A DNA stretch of 63,550 bases, counting the filler, from Octopus bimaculoides (taxonomy: Eukaryota), in the NCBI RefSeq assembly GCF_001194135.2. It is 6 parts of 6 records of this genome, joined end to end, with 100 filler letters (N's around TTAATTAATTAA, not from the genome) between each part and the next. Parts side by side here need not be neighbours in the genome. Positions count along the whole stretch, not along the records: positions 1 to 30,460 come from NC_068987.1; 5 more parts are not named here. One strand, written 5' to 3'. Of the stretch, positions 1-12,868 are shown piece by piece. The notes under the pieces were generated by a model. It was not told the DNA's origin, searched no databases, and worked only from the letters and a program-made list of their open reading frames with translations. Position 1 is the first letter of the stretch. Each line of letters opens with the position of its first letter. Both the position numbers and the translations under genes were made by a program.

Positions 1-66
<66 letters not shown>

Positions 67-610
67 CATATATGTGTGAGTGTTTGTGTCTGTATTTGTT
101 CCCACCACCACCACCACCACACTACCACCACCATCGCTTGACAACCGATGTTGGTGTGTCTACACCTCCGTAACTTAGCAGTTCGGCAAAACAGACAGCT
201 AGAATAAATACTAGGCTTGCAAAGAATAAGTCCTGGAGTCGATTTGTTCGACTAAAGGCGGTGCTCCAGCATGGCCGCAGTCAAATGACTGAAACAAATA
301 AAAGAATATCATTGAAATGTCGAAGCTACAAGGTAAATTATGATTAATTTAAAACAATGAGAATTAAGAAACATTACATTTGACAGAGTAATCTCAATGC
401 TGAAAGGTTTAGCGATTTCTCTTGCAAATTTCTTTTAATTCAAACCCTAGCGCAGTGATTCCCAGCATTTTCAGTTCCAAAGATCTCTTTTATTCAAATA
501 TACTTTCCCACTGATCCAACGCTTTTGAAAGACCTGTTTTCTCAAGAAACCATTTTTATCACTTGAATAATATATATGCCATAATTACTTATCCCTTTGC
601 CTGTCCTGTG

Positions 611-990
611 TTGGCACTCCGTCGCTTACGACGTCGAGGGTTCCAGTTGATCCGATCAACGGCACAGCCTGCTCGTGAAATTAACGTGCAAGTGACTGAG
701 CACTCCACAGACACGTGTACCCTTAGAGTAGTTCTCGGGGATATTCTGCGTGACACAGTGTGACAAGGCTGACCCTTTGAATTACAGGCACAACAGAAAC
801 AGGAAGTAAGAGTGAGAGAAAGTTGTGGTGAAAGAGTACAGCAGAGTTCGCCACCATCCCCTGCAGGAGCCTCGTGGAGCTTTAGGTGTTTTTGCTCAAT
901 AAACACTCACAACGCCCGGTCTGGGAATCGAAACCGCGATCCTATGACCGCGAGTCCGCTGCCCTAACCACTGGGCCATTGCGCCTCCAC
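611..990 (-). mobile_element. tRNA-derived SINE family A, full length, 12-bp TSD
   Basis: Minus-strand head with A-box TGGCCCAGTGG, B-box-like GGTTTCGATTCC and an (AAC) tail. TSD gcctgtcctgtg at 599-610 and 993-1004. Confidence 0.9.
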
Positions 991-3034
991 GCGCCTGTCC
1001 TGTGTATCACTTGTGAAACAGGATATATTTCCCTGGCATCCATGCATCATATATGAGACACATTCCCAATCTTTTTCAGCTACCAGAGTAACTTAGGACT
1101 TATGAAAGGAAATCTTTGTATGACTCAGAGCGTTTTAAACAAGAGCTAGCAAAAATTCAGAAAACAAACATGGACGTTTAGGATAAACTTACGAAAATGT
1201 TAGGACAGGCAAAGGGTAATATTGATAGCAGTATTAAGCAAAACGTTTATTTGTTTCATGTTACAGTTTATGCTTTGTTGATGTCATGTTCTATTTTACG
1301 TTCTTGGCAGGAAGTTTTAAGTATAGATCAGGTTCTTCATTTGCCCTGTTTCGGTTATTTTGATTTTATTTACAATAAAAGAAAACGACTAGAAATTCTA
1401 AGATCTATATAGTATGTGGGAAAAGAGGTATTAAATGGTTAAATTCTAACGCCATCTTTACTTTTTGATATAACTAGAAGGGATTGTCTCCCCCTAGGAT
1501 AGTTGCCCATCAAGGGTACACTATGTAGATGAGACAAAATCTGGTCTCCTGCAACATAATTCAATAAATTGTTTCCTGATGATTTATTGTAGTTAAGTAT
1601 CTAACTACACATGGAACATTCATTCAATGTTGTGGTTCCAAACAATCACAACGAGGAAAGGTATGTAGGGAAGAAATGATATAATCTTGTATTTATCGTA
1701 ATTTCTCCTATATTTACTCTGTATATCATAAACAGTGACCTAAGCACTATATTACAAGCAGATTGGATAATGGTAATCGACGTAGAGCTCTAAACTCAGC
1801 TGTGAGATAGTACATTTAACTATAGGCACAGGATATACTAAATTTATAGTAAGGAATTCTAATATTTTTCATGACAACTAAGGCAGAATCATTGAGACGC
1901 CGAACAAAATGCTTAGTGGCATCTCATCCGTCTTTACGTTCTGAGTTCAAATTCTGCCGAGGTCAACTTTACATTTCATCCTTCCAGAGCCGATAAAATA
2001 AGTACCCGTTGAGCACTGGGGTCAATATAACTGATTTACCCGCTTCCCTGAAAGTGGCCAGTGCTAGTGTGTGCGATGGTGTGGGTGCTGGGAAGCGGTC
2101 AGTGCTAGTGTATACGGGGTGGTGTGACGTGGTGTGGTGTGGTATGGTGGTGTGTGGTGTAGTGGTGTGTGCTGTGGGGGTGTGATGTGGTGGTGTGTGG
2201 TGTGGTGTGGTGTGGTGTGGTGTGGTGTGGTGTGGTGNNNNNNNNNNNNNNNNNNNNNNNNNNNNNNNNNNNNNNNNNNNNNNNNNNNNNNNNNNNNNNN
2301 NNNNNNNNNNNNNNNNNNNNNNNNNNNNNNNNNNNNNNNNNNNNNNNNNNNNNNNNNNNNNNNNNNNNNNNNNNNNNNNNNNNNNNNNNNNNNNNNNNNN
2401 NNNNNNNNNNNNNNNNNNNNNNNNNNNNNNNNNNNNNNNNNNNNNNNNNNNNNNNNNNNNNNNNNNNNNNNNNNNNNNNNNNNNNNNNNNNNNNNNNNNN
2501 NNNNNNNNNNNNNNNNNNNNNNNNNNNNNNNNNNNNNNNNNNNNNNNNNNNNNNNNNNNNNNNNNNNNNNNNNNNNNNNNNNNNNNNNNNNNNNNNNNNN
2601 NNNNNNNNNNNNNNNNNNNNNNNNNNNNNNNNNNNNNNNNNNNNNNNNNNNNNNNNNNNNNNNNNNNNNNNNNNNNNNNNNNNNNNNNNNNNNNNNNNNN
2701 NNNNNNNNNNNNNNNNNNNNNNNNNNNGAGATGCAGGAGATGACGTTGCTAGAAGTGCTGGTGAAGGAATCAGTAATATGATAGGGTCGATGATAGGTGC
2801 CTGTGAGGAGGTTGGTGTTGGAGAGGTAAGGGTAAGTACGGCAGTGTGGGCGGGAGCAGGTGAACGAGCTGGGTTGGGAGGTTGGGTTAGGGAAGAAGCT
2901 GTGGACCAAGTGGTCTCGTAGGTTGTGGGCTCGTTTGAAGGAGGGCGTCGGAAAAAGAAGAACGAAAATGCTACTTTTTAAAAATTAGGTACATTTAAAT
3001 TTCTTTATATAAATACATTTAAAAAATGTTTTTG

Positions 3035-3078
3035 TTTTACATGTTTTAGTTGTTTATAAAACCTTATCAAAAATACGT
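3035..3078 (-). ncRNA. Decayed third copy of the U3-A8 hammerhead motif (orphan pLTR remnant)
   Basis: Reverse complement gtattt-TTGATAA-GGTT-ttataaac-AACT-AAAAC-at-GTA, with GAAAC mutated to AAAAC and stem II weakened. Confidence 0.4.
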
Positions 3079-6000
3079 ACTTAAATAAAATAGGTAGAGA
3101 AAAAGGATTATTAATATAATAAACGTTCATAGTGTACTTTTCTTTTTCTATAAAAGTACGTGATAATTTCCATTAATTTTTGTGGCGTTGCTAGTAGTAA
3201 TTTCAACTGTTGTCTGTGAAGGTATATCAAGTAGTGTGGTCAAAATTGTTTTCAAAAGGAGTGGCTGCGCGTGTGTGTGTCTGTGTGTTTATGTATGTAT
3301 ACTTGTGTTCTGAATTTGATGTAGGACAACTAGATATTTCTTAAAATAATTCGATTTCTCTTCAAAACGGCGCATTACCTTACATCCCTTCACGCCAGAG
3401 AGTAACCTCGTCAATCAATATTTAGTTATCGATCAAATACGTACACATGACTGAATTACTGGACTCTGTATGATCAATTAAACCCTCTTGAAGGTGAAGC
3501 CCTTGCATGACCTTTGTCCTATGACTGAAACCAGTAAAGTATTTTTTTAATTTATATATATATATATNNNNNNNNNNATGTCTCTGTGTGTGTGTGTGTG
3601 ATAGTGTTATTTATTATATCAAACAAAGCCCTTAAACAAGATGAAAATGACCAAAACGTATTTTCCTACATATCTTTGATTTAAGTCTTATAGAATTAAA
3701 TAAGTTAAGAAACATTGGCCAGTGTAATCCTCCGGTTATTCAAGGAGACAGCATTTTTCCTGCTGTAATGCTTTTGAGCGTAGGTCTAAATGAGCAGAGA
3801 TGAGCTGGAGATAAACAATGACTAGACTTCATAGTACTTAAGATTATATGTTATGAGTTAAAACTTTTTCGATGAAACAAAAATACCAGTAATAGACTGC
3901 GTCTGACTCGTTGGACTAAATCCTTTCCTCCTTCTTTAAAAATTGTGACACCTAAGTGAAGGTTTCTCACAGAGGTGCAATGCCAGAAATTTAGAGAAAG
4001 GTCACAGTCTATTATATTGACCCTAGTAGTTGATAGATACTTATTTCACCGATAACAGACGATTAAAAAGTAAAATCGCGGGATTCGACCTTAGAACGAA
4101 AAGAGGCAATTTTTCCTCTGTCATTATATCGATTCCAGCAATTGATTACCCTCTCAGTGATAAGCTTTCACCACTTAGAATAATGCGGTGCTCTCTATAG
4201 AACAAAAGATAGATTCCTGTCGACTCCAACCACCGATGTGTTTTCCATTCCTAATTCACATTCCTGCGTTTTATGTCACTAATTCCTTTAAGAAAATAAT
4301 GAAACTCATAATTCATAAAAATTATGGTTTTTGTTCTTAAGTTGTGTTTTTTTGTTGTTGTTTGTTTGCTTTTTTTTTTTTTTTCTCAGTTTGAAATGTT
4401 AGATTGTGAATTAATTCTCTTTACAAATTAAACTCCAATACTGCTCAGAATTGAATTTATCTTTTATCCTTCCGCAGTCGAAGATAAAATGAATACCAGG
4501 CAGGCATGTAACGACGTCGAATCAATTAAAATAGATGATGATCTATACTCCCTTACAAATTCGTGATCCTCTACCAAAGTACACACCATTTGTTTCTTAT
4601 CAACAAGCAAACGAAACAGTAAACAGTTTTCAAGTTTCGATTTCAAATCCTGCCAAGTTCGGTTTTGTCGTTTCTTCCTCCTTCGTCATAGGGTGGTACT
4701 TACAAAGTATCTATGAAATACTTCGAGATCGGTTGATTCAGTTGTTGTAATCGTTGATGTTATTGTTGTTTGATGTTGTTTTGTTATTGTTTCTGTTGTT
4801 GCTATCATTGTTGTTGTTGTTTTTTGTTATATAAGCCCTAACCAATCCAAAGCGAGTTCTCCAATGAAAAACATTCTCACCACCGCGATCATTTCATCTT
4901 CTCAGAGATGTCTAGTACTGCATAATCTAATGTGTACCCTTCCATCCAGTTTTGCTTTTTAAGGTAATAAGTTGTGATTGGATGGATATTTAACTGTTTA
5001 TTTTCGCACTTCAAAAGCACACGTAGAAGTTGAGTCATTGAGTGGGTGGAATTTATTGGTGTGGCGATTTAATAGAAAAGACGACTGACAACCTGGTTTC
5101 ACTTTGCAATGTTTTCGATCATACAACCAATTGTTGTTGTTGTTGTTAGTGTGTAGACCCCCAGATCAACGAAGCCTTTGATCAAAAACATTCCATCCGT
5201 AACCATCTTATCTTTTCTGAGATTAGCTAATGTCGCTACTTTACCTAATGTGGCCTTTCTTTTTTTAAGATTATAGAGCGTGATTTAATGGAGATTTGAC
5301 TATTATTTCTAGTAAGCCAAGCAATTATGTAGAATCTATCTTATTTGGCTCGTAATCGATTTAGTTAATTATACCACTGTCCACTATAAAAAAATATTAA
5401 TCGATACGAAATCAATATTTTACTCCTAAATAAATAGATTGGTCGATAGTTTCACAGATAAAACACTATTGAACGAAAGACATAAACATAAAATTAAAAA
5501 CGAAAATGGAAAGAAAGAGAAGCAAATTGTTTTAAATATGGCACCCAATACATAAAGGAAAATTAGCAAAATAAAACAGATACGAAAAAAATTCGTTTGT
5601 GGAAATATAAATGAAATTTTATAGGGTAACAAATGTTTCTTTAAAATAGCAGACTGGAAATAAAATCGTGCTTGGAAGCTTTTATAAAACCAATCATAGA
5701 TATTAAATGAATTCTCGCTTTTCTCCCATTCAAGCATCTTATTTGATATTCTAGAATATGGAGAGTACTGAAAGCAAGGCTATTGGTAATTATTATCAAA
5801 ATTCAATGGTTCACTACATGAATACGTGTATGTATGGATGGAAATATAAAGTAGACAACATAAATGGCTACACTGCATAGATTTTGTATGTTTGTTTGAG
5901 TGTGAAATTATTAACATGGTCTGCGTCTATGCGTGTGCATGTATGTAAATACATATATAAAAGTGTGTGTGTGTGTGTGCAAGGTTTGTTATTCTCGGTG

Positions 6001-6666
6001 TATGCTTGAGTTTCTCCACATCTGTTGTTACGAATACAAAAACGTATTTATGTATGAGTTTGTTCTATATCTGTATCTGTGCACAAAAGACATAAATTAA
6101 CATATATACGTGTTATCCTACGCATAAGTATACAAATGTACGCCTATATGAACGAATTTATTTATCCGCATGTGTAAATGATCAGACATATAAGTAGCAA
6201 ACAGAATGATTAACCAAAAATGGAATGAAAATAGATCCAGTGAGTAAGTGCAGTTAATTATGATAAACATCGGAGGATACTGTGTAAGAAACAAATCTCG
6301 CGTTAACACTCAGTTAAGTTCAAGTCTTACTATAGATTAGAGATAAATATACTCTACTAGGTTGAGCCTAGTTGTTAGCTATTATAATGTTTCCGTGCGC
6401 TACTTAATCCCATGGCATTTATCTCTCAACATCAGATGACAAAAGTGGGTTCTGCCTAAAAGACCAGATTTCTTTTTCCCCACAGTAAAACTTTATTTCA
6501 CTGTTTAACGTCACTAGTTTTCTCAATTACTTGTGTAAGGCTAATTTCGTAGTACATTTACATGTTTCCGTTAAATCTCACTTTCTCAGTTGCTGCTGCT
6601 GCTGCTAAGAGACGGTTTGGCCATGCTACATATGTGTGTGAGAGTGTTTGTGCTTGTATGTATGTA

Positions 6667-7565
6667 TTGGGTCATCCCATAAATAAATCGGTATTTTCAA
6701 TTGCATGAACTAAAAGGATGGAATAAACTACTTGCATCAACTTGCTATAAAACAGGTAGTATACCTTGTACTTATCCTTAGTGCAAATTTTGAAGAGTGC
6801 AGTTCGATTTTAACAGTTATTTTTTCAAAGCTATAATAGAAGTGACAAAGGAACATATTCAGCATATTTTGCTTTATGAGTTCAATAAAGGCAACAACGC
6901 AACGGAAAGAATATTAATGCAGAATATGGGATCGGACAATAAGCGTGAGTCAGTGTCAGCGGTGGTTTCAGAAATACCGTGCCGGAAACAACAGCCTAGA
7001 AGACGAGCCTCATCCTGAAAGATCCGTAGAGCTCGACGAGGACGTCCTGCAAATCTTGGTGGAAAAATATCCCATCGTAACTGTTGAGGAACTAGAAGAG
7101 AAGCTTGGATTCGGTCATTCAACCAGTCATTCAAGTCAGTGGTAGAATCAAAATGACCATCTTTGGTTTCAAGACAAAAGGTGTTCTTCCATCAGGATAA
7201 TGCTCGGCTATATACAGCGAGGATGACATTCCAAAGGCTAGAGCAGTTTGAATTGGAAACGATGCCCCACCGAACATATTCGGCGGACATTTCTCCATCT
7301 GATTATCATTTATTCCGCAATCTTCAAAATTATTTGGACGGAAAAAATATGAATTCTGTAGACGAGGTCAGAACAGTACTGGAGGAGCTTTTCGTCATGG
7401 ACAAGGGAATTTTGGAAGAGAGGCCTTGCAAGTCTACCAGACAGATGGCAGAGCATTGTATAAAATGAAGGAGAGTATATTTTAGATTAAAAAAGAACTT
7501 TATCTTAATTTTGAAAAATGAAAGATGTATTTTAAAAAAACCGCATTATTTATGGGACGACCCAA
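6667..7565 (+). mobile_element. Internally deleted mariner (DD34D) transposon with TIRs and TA TSD
   Basis: TIRs ttgggtcatcccataaataa / ttatttatgggacgacccaa, flanked by TA at 6665-6666 and 7566-7567. Fragments EHIQHILLYEFNKG and FHQDNAR-x-SPSDYHLF with 34 residues between the Asps. Confidence 0.9.
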
Positions 7566-7574
7566 TATGTAAGC

Positions 7575-7660
<86 letters not shown>

Positions 7661-8019
7661 CTTCACACACACACATACACACATACATGTATGTATGTAT
7701 GTATGTATATACGCATGCATGCATGCATGTATGTATGTATGTATTTATGTATGCATGTCATTATTCAGTTTTATTTCAAGATTTCTTGCCAATAGAGAAA
7801 GAGGCGGTTACTAACCTAGAACCAAGCCTCCTTCATTGAAATTTCAACATCATCAACAGGATATTTTAGTATGTATGTATGTGTGTGTGTATGTGTGTAT
7901 GTATGTATGTATATATGTATGTATGTATGTACACGTGCACATTCGTATATTTTGTTTTATGTGCGTATTCTCATGAATATAGTTGTATATCTAGACATGC
8001 TCATATATACTTAAAAGAT

Positions 8020-8310
8020 AAAATTTTGGAAAGTTTTACAGATTTTTAGTTCCAGTGATGGATTGGATCTATAGCCTTCGAATCAGCTTTCTCCTTTCTG
8101 GTTTTGAGAAGCCTAATTTCTCAAGATTGGTATTTAGACAGTGTGTTACATATCACCGTGCCGCAATAATTACAAGTATAAACCTGAACTCAATAGTTCA
8201 GCGTAGGTATTCTCTTTTTCACTGATCTTCAGCTGTATGTTAACACCTGCGGCGAGCTTCCATACAGTTTCTGTTGTCCCAATTTCCTTCTCAATGTCTG
8301 GAGAGATTAT
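8020..8310 (-). mobile_element. Decayed RLE LINE 3' end
   Basis: Minus strand VNIQLKISEKENTYAELL and IRRL*IQSITGT. A 54-bp segment (8255-8308) recurs at 9413-9466. Confidence 0.45.
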
Positions 8311-8380
8311 AACATTATTCACATTTCATAATTCATAAGCGAATACTTATAAAACTTATTTTCGTTCTGTATATTTTCAG

Positions 8381-8546
8381 CTCCTGGATGTCGAATCCCG
8401 ACAGACCTTCGTGGTGAATGGCGCTATACTTTGAAAATCGCCCGCCGACTTTTGGTTGATGTGAAGTACATTGGTCTGGTATTGCTAAATAATACGGTGG
8501 TGCGGTTGAACTGTGAGAGTCGCGATGGAAATATGTTTCTTTTTAG
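8381..8546 (+). CDS. Internal coding exon of an uncharacterised small Cys-containing protein (xPGCRIPTDLRGEWRYTLKIARRLLVDVKYIGLVLLNNTVVRLNCESRDGNMFLF-R)
   Basis: Acceptor ttttcgttctgtatattttcag ends at 8380, donor AG|gtgaga at 8547. Open frame, phase 1 in and phase 2 out, joining in frame to exon 19164. Confidence 0.8.
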
Positions 8547-9792
8547 GTGAGAAAAACTTTCTGCTCCTCTTTCAATAAAAACTATTGTAATATCTTTTAA
8601 CTGAGATCTTTTGCTTGTTTCACTCATTGGATTGTGGCCATGGTGAGGCACCGCCTTGAAGGGCTTTAGTCAAACGAAGCGACCCCAGTGCTTGATTATT
8701 TAAAACCTGGTACTTATTCTACTGGTCTCTTATACCGAACCGCTAAGTTACAGTGACGTAAACAACTCAGCACTGATATGAATATGAATAGACCGGTATG
8801 AATATGTAGAAAAAAATTATTCATCGATCCTCCATTGATTTCGTAGATGAGTATTTAGTAGATCGATCAACTAAATTACCTACTTTTTTAACTAATCTGT
8901 GAAGTGACGGAGTTTTCAAATACACACGTTTAGCCTCATCATAATTCTAAATGAGAATCAGCGTAATACAGTGTGTGACAAATCTGGATATTTGAATGGA
9001 TGTCAATCATCATCAAGCAAACACCGTCAACTGTTGAGAGAGCTAACTATTGAAAATGGTTGAAAAAGAGATGGTGAAACTTGATGGAGAAGTGATATTC
9101 AAGCGTGAGGCAGGTATCTGTTTGACTATATATGGCAAGTCAGACCGTCATCACTTCACAATTTGAATGATACTGAAAATCCTGATATGAAGGATTAAAG
9201 ATCGGATATAAGTCAGTCGATCCAATGGACTATAAAGCCATCAAATGAAAGGCCTCGAAACGGTGCATATTCTCTCCTGGTGGCCTCTGAAACTTACTGG
9301 CGATCGATATGAAGACCTTTCGACTGACACCATTTGCACAAGCAAACTGTTTCCAAATCTCTAAGTATTGACAAAGCTGGGTATTTGAATTACAGGTACA
9401 ATCCATCTGGCAAGCTTCCATACAGTTTCTGTTGTCTCAATTTCATTCTCAATGTTTGGAGAGATTGGAGGCTGTAACACAACATCCTTGTCCTTAGATG
9501 TGTTGCATTTTGGGCAAAGATATTCTATTATATTCCGTTCGACACCAGTTGTTATTTCATTTATCTTTAAGCTTTTGTGTGTGATCGCCATCGGAACATA
9601 AATGGAACAATCTTTTAACTATATATTGTCAGTTCTCATTATCTTACCCTCTTTGCACTTTAAGAACATCTGTTTCCGTTGGTCGTATAATAACGAAATT
9701 GGTGAGGCCTCATACTACAAAGTCATGGTTCATAAGGACTGCTTTATTCCAGATATATCCTTAATGTTGTTACTAGTGTTACATCCCACCTA

Positions 9793-9903
9793 ATTGAGCA
9801 GACCAATGATTGGTTTTTTAACTGCCACTATTGAGCAGACCAATGATCGGTATTCTAACTGCCACTATTGAGCAGACCAATGATCAGTTTTCTAACTGTC
9901 GCT
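9793..9903. repeat. Minisatellite, 37-bp unit x3
   Basis: attgagcagaccaatgat...taactgccact starts at 9793, 9830 and 9867. Confidence 0.9.
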
Positions 9904-11041
9904 ATAGCATCTGTTTCTCAGGAAAAGACTCCGAAGCGTCCTTCCATTTTTTAAAGTAGCTAGGATGTGATTTATGGAAAATTTTGGTGCTATTTCAAAC
10001 TGATCGAATTAAAACGTAGTGATTTGTTGATTTATCCGAAAATCATAGTGCAAGGTATAATGGGAGGACTACAAGATAAAGGGAATGTGTGTTCGATTTA
10101 ATAGGCACAGCAAGTTAAAAGTCCATATTTCATCACTGGCACTACATCGTGTCTATAGCCAAAACATTTTACTTCCCACCATCAAATCCATCTAGTTCTA
10201 AACAGGGTGTTGCTTTTTTGACCTTCCTTTTCAGACATAGTTTATCTAGATTAAATGTCCAAGAGGAATTATTGTTCATACGATTATAAACTTAAGAAAT
10301 GAAATATTTCTTTTTTTTAATATTCACACTACTTTTCGATCGGTTTTATCTGCAGTTATCATCAAATGTCCAATTTCTAGATATTTACATACCAGAAACT
10401 TTTATTTATAAACTAAGAGCTACAACACTCTTTCTTTACTATGCCACTAATGCATGTATATTTAATGTTACGTTTTTAGGTTTAAATTTATTTTTCACTA
10501 CAGACAACCATAATATACTGCCATCATCAACAGCTCTACGAATGGACATCAGCTCTATTTAGCCGCCTTCAGTGAAAAGTAAACTTAAACAATCGGAAAA
10601 TATAGATGCAATCATTAAATACACATGCATCAGTACCATAGTGGATAAAAATATTACTACTGTAAGTTTAGAAATAAAGGCTACAGATTCGAAACCACTC
10701 AAACACAGTGTACTTGTCTGTATCGGAAAATATGACAGAAATAAAAACTAGCTTAGAATGCTTCATCTCCAGAGAAGAAATTAAAAGTGCAACTAATATA
10801 ATCATATGATTTATCTAGGACTATGTCATTAAATGAATTCTTCGTTCTTAAGCCAGTAGGCTATGATTTGATGAGTTCGGGTTGTTAACTTCAGTAGACT
10901 AAACAACCACATGGATGCTCTAACGTGACACTGAAGGTGGTGGTTTCAACTATAAAAAATGATAGCTGATTTGTTGGTTCGTAATGCCACATTCAGATCC
11001 TTTCGCAGAAATGTTACATGAAAGAGATTAGTGCCTCATCG

Positions 11042-11424
11042 TTGTTGGCACTCCGTCGCTTACGACGTCGAGGGTTCCAGTTGATCCGATCAATGGAACA
11101 GCCTGCTCGTGAAATTAAAGTGCAAGTGGCTGAGCACTCCACAGAGACGTGTACCCTTAACGTAGTTTTCGGGGATATTCAGCGTGACACAGTGTGACAA
11201 GGCTGACCCTTTGAATTACAGGCACAACAGAAACAGGAAGTAAGAGTGAGAGAAAGTTGTGGTGAAAGAGTACAGCAGGGTTCGCCACCATCCCCTGCCG
11301 GAGCCTCGTGGAGCTTTAGGTATTTTCGCTCAATAAACACTCACAACTCCCGGTCTGGGAATCGAAACCGCGATCCTATGACCGCGAGTCCACTGCCCTA
11401 ACCACTGGGCCATTGCACCTCCAC
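11042..11424 (-). mobile_element. SINE family A, full length, 10-bp TSD
   Basis: Near-identical to 611-990. TSD tgcctcatcg at 11032-11041 and 11425-11434. Confidence 0.9.
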
Positions 11425-12088
11425 TGCCTCATCGTAGAGGAGGTTTAACTCTCTATTTCACGCAAGAAATCAAGGATAAACGTAAGCTGAGGACGTGGAT
11501 GGGTGAGTGCAAGTTATCAAAATACTCGTTTGTTATACAGTTTTCTTGCCCCACTCACAGTATTACCGATTTACAGCGAAGTGGTTGCTGCGACTTCAAC
11601 AACGCAGTAATGGCAACAGAATACGAACGGTCGACACTTACACCCGCAAGTTAATGAGGAAACAGCTCTTCCAAATTCGATTCTTTATATTTCCATGTTT
11701 TATAAACGTTCTTAATTTCTATTTTAATGCATGAATTTATAGATCTTCAGCATGCCATTTTTCCATTATGCTAAATAGTTCTGTTATGTCTTTCATTTTC
11801 TATAATTAAACTACTGAATGCGTAACATTTAGTCTAAGTTACAAGAAATTCAGTTATGTCTTCAATAAAGCTTGCTAAAAGCGTAATATTCGAACACATA
11901 ACGGAGTCAGTGAGGCGGTCGACTCCATCGACTCCAGTACCTGACTGGTACTTTACTTTTTTTTTCGATCCCAAAAGGATGAAAAGCAAAGTTGACCTCG
12001 GCTTGGACTGAACTTAGAACATAAAGAACCGGAACAAATACTGCAAAGCGCTTTTTCTACGCTCTCCTGATTCTACCAGCTCGCTGCC

Positions 12089-12357
12089 TTGTTGTGGCAT
12101 TCCATCGGTTGCGACGAGGGTTCCAGTTGATTTGATCAACGGAACAGCCTGCTCGTGAAATTGACGTGCACGTGACTGAGTACTCCACAGACGCGCGTAC
12201 TCTTAACATAGTTCTCAGGTAGATTCAGAGTGACACAAAATGTGACAAGGCTGGTCCTTTGAAATACAGGTACTACTCATTTTTGCCAACTGAGTGGACT
12301 GGAGCAACGTGAAATCAAGTGACTTGCTTAAAGACACAATGTGCGCGGCCGGGAATC
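12089..12357 (-). mobile_element. CORE-type SINE carrying the family-A 3' tail (tail X)
   Basis: ~180 bp match to the family A tail, then switches at CAGG to tcatttttgccaactgagtggactggagcaacgtgaaat (CORE-like). Confidence 0.7.
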
Positions 12358-12494
12358 ATCACCTTGTAATAAGACAATAATAGCTCTATACGAACAGAGT
12401 CCACAGGGGCTAATGATGTCTGCGTTGGCAAAAGTTATACAGTATAGAGGATAAACCAAGGTGGGGTAGAGGAATGCGACCTAACGCTCTCGTT

Positions 12495-12868
12495 TACTTG
12501 TTTCAGTCATTAGACTACGACCATGCTGCGGCACTGCCTTGGAGGATTTAATCGAACTAATCGACCCCAGTACTTTTTTTAAAAGCCTGGTACTTATTAT
12601 TTCGGTCTTTGTTTTCGCAGAGCCATTAAGTTACGGGGACGTAAACAAGTCAACATGGGTTGTCAAGCGGTGGTGGAGGACAAGCACACACACACACACA
12701 CACACATACATACATACTTACACACAGTGGTCTTTTAGTTTCTGTCTACCAAATCCATTCAAATGGCTTTGGTCGGCCCAGGGCTATAGTAGAAGACACT
12801 TGCAGTGGGTCTGAACTCGACGCTTTATGGTTGGGAAGCAGACCTTACCACATAGCCACGCCTGCGCT
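12495..12868 (-). mobile_element. CORE-type SINE family D with an internal (CA)n microsatellite. Other copies or halves at ~75-305, 8600-8770, 33135-33320, 35550-35720, 38597-38790, 40290-40500, 41600-42180, 42525-43060, 43415-43810 and 60610-61190
   Basis: tRNA-like head, ttgggcaagtgtcttctactatagcc block, variable microsatellite, then the conserved 3' half (atcgcttgacaaccgat...ggcggtgctccagcatggccgcagtc...gactgaaac). Confidence 0.85.

Noticed and set aside
563-906. ORFs 563-763, 589-906 and homologous ORFs at 14346-14773
   Set aside because: They are chance frames within SINE family A copies.
920-990. tRNA-like sequence with A and B boxes
   Set aside because: It is a SINE head with TSD and tail, not a canonical cloverleaf tRNA gene.
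6580-6606. (CTG)n LLLLLLRD as a possible signal-peptide exon
   Set aside because: Weak donor (gtttgg), no in-frame start, and explainable as a trinucleotide repeat.
8255-9466. 54-bp direct repeat flanking the first exon, suggesting an exon-capturing element
   Set aside because: Both copies look like pieces of the same decayed RLE LINE family.
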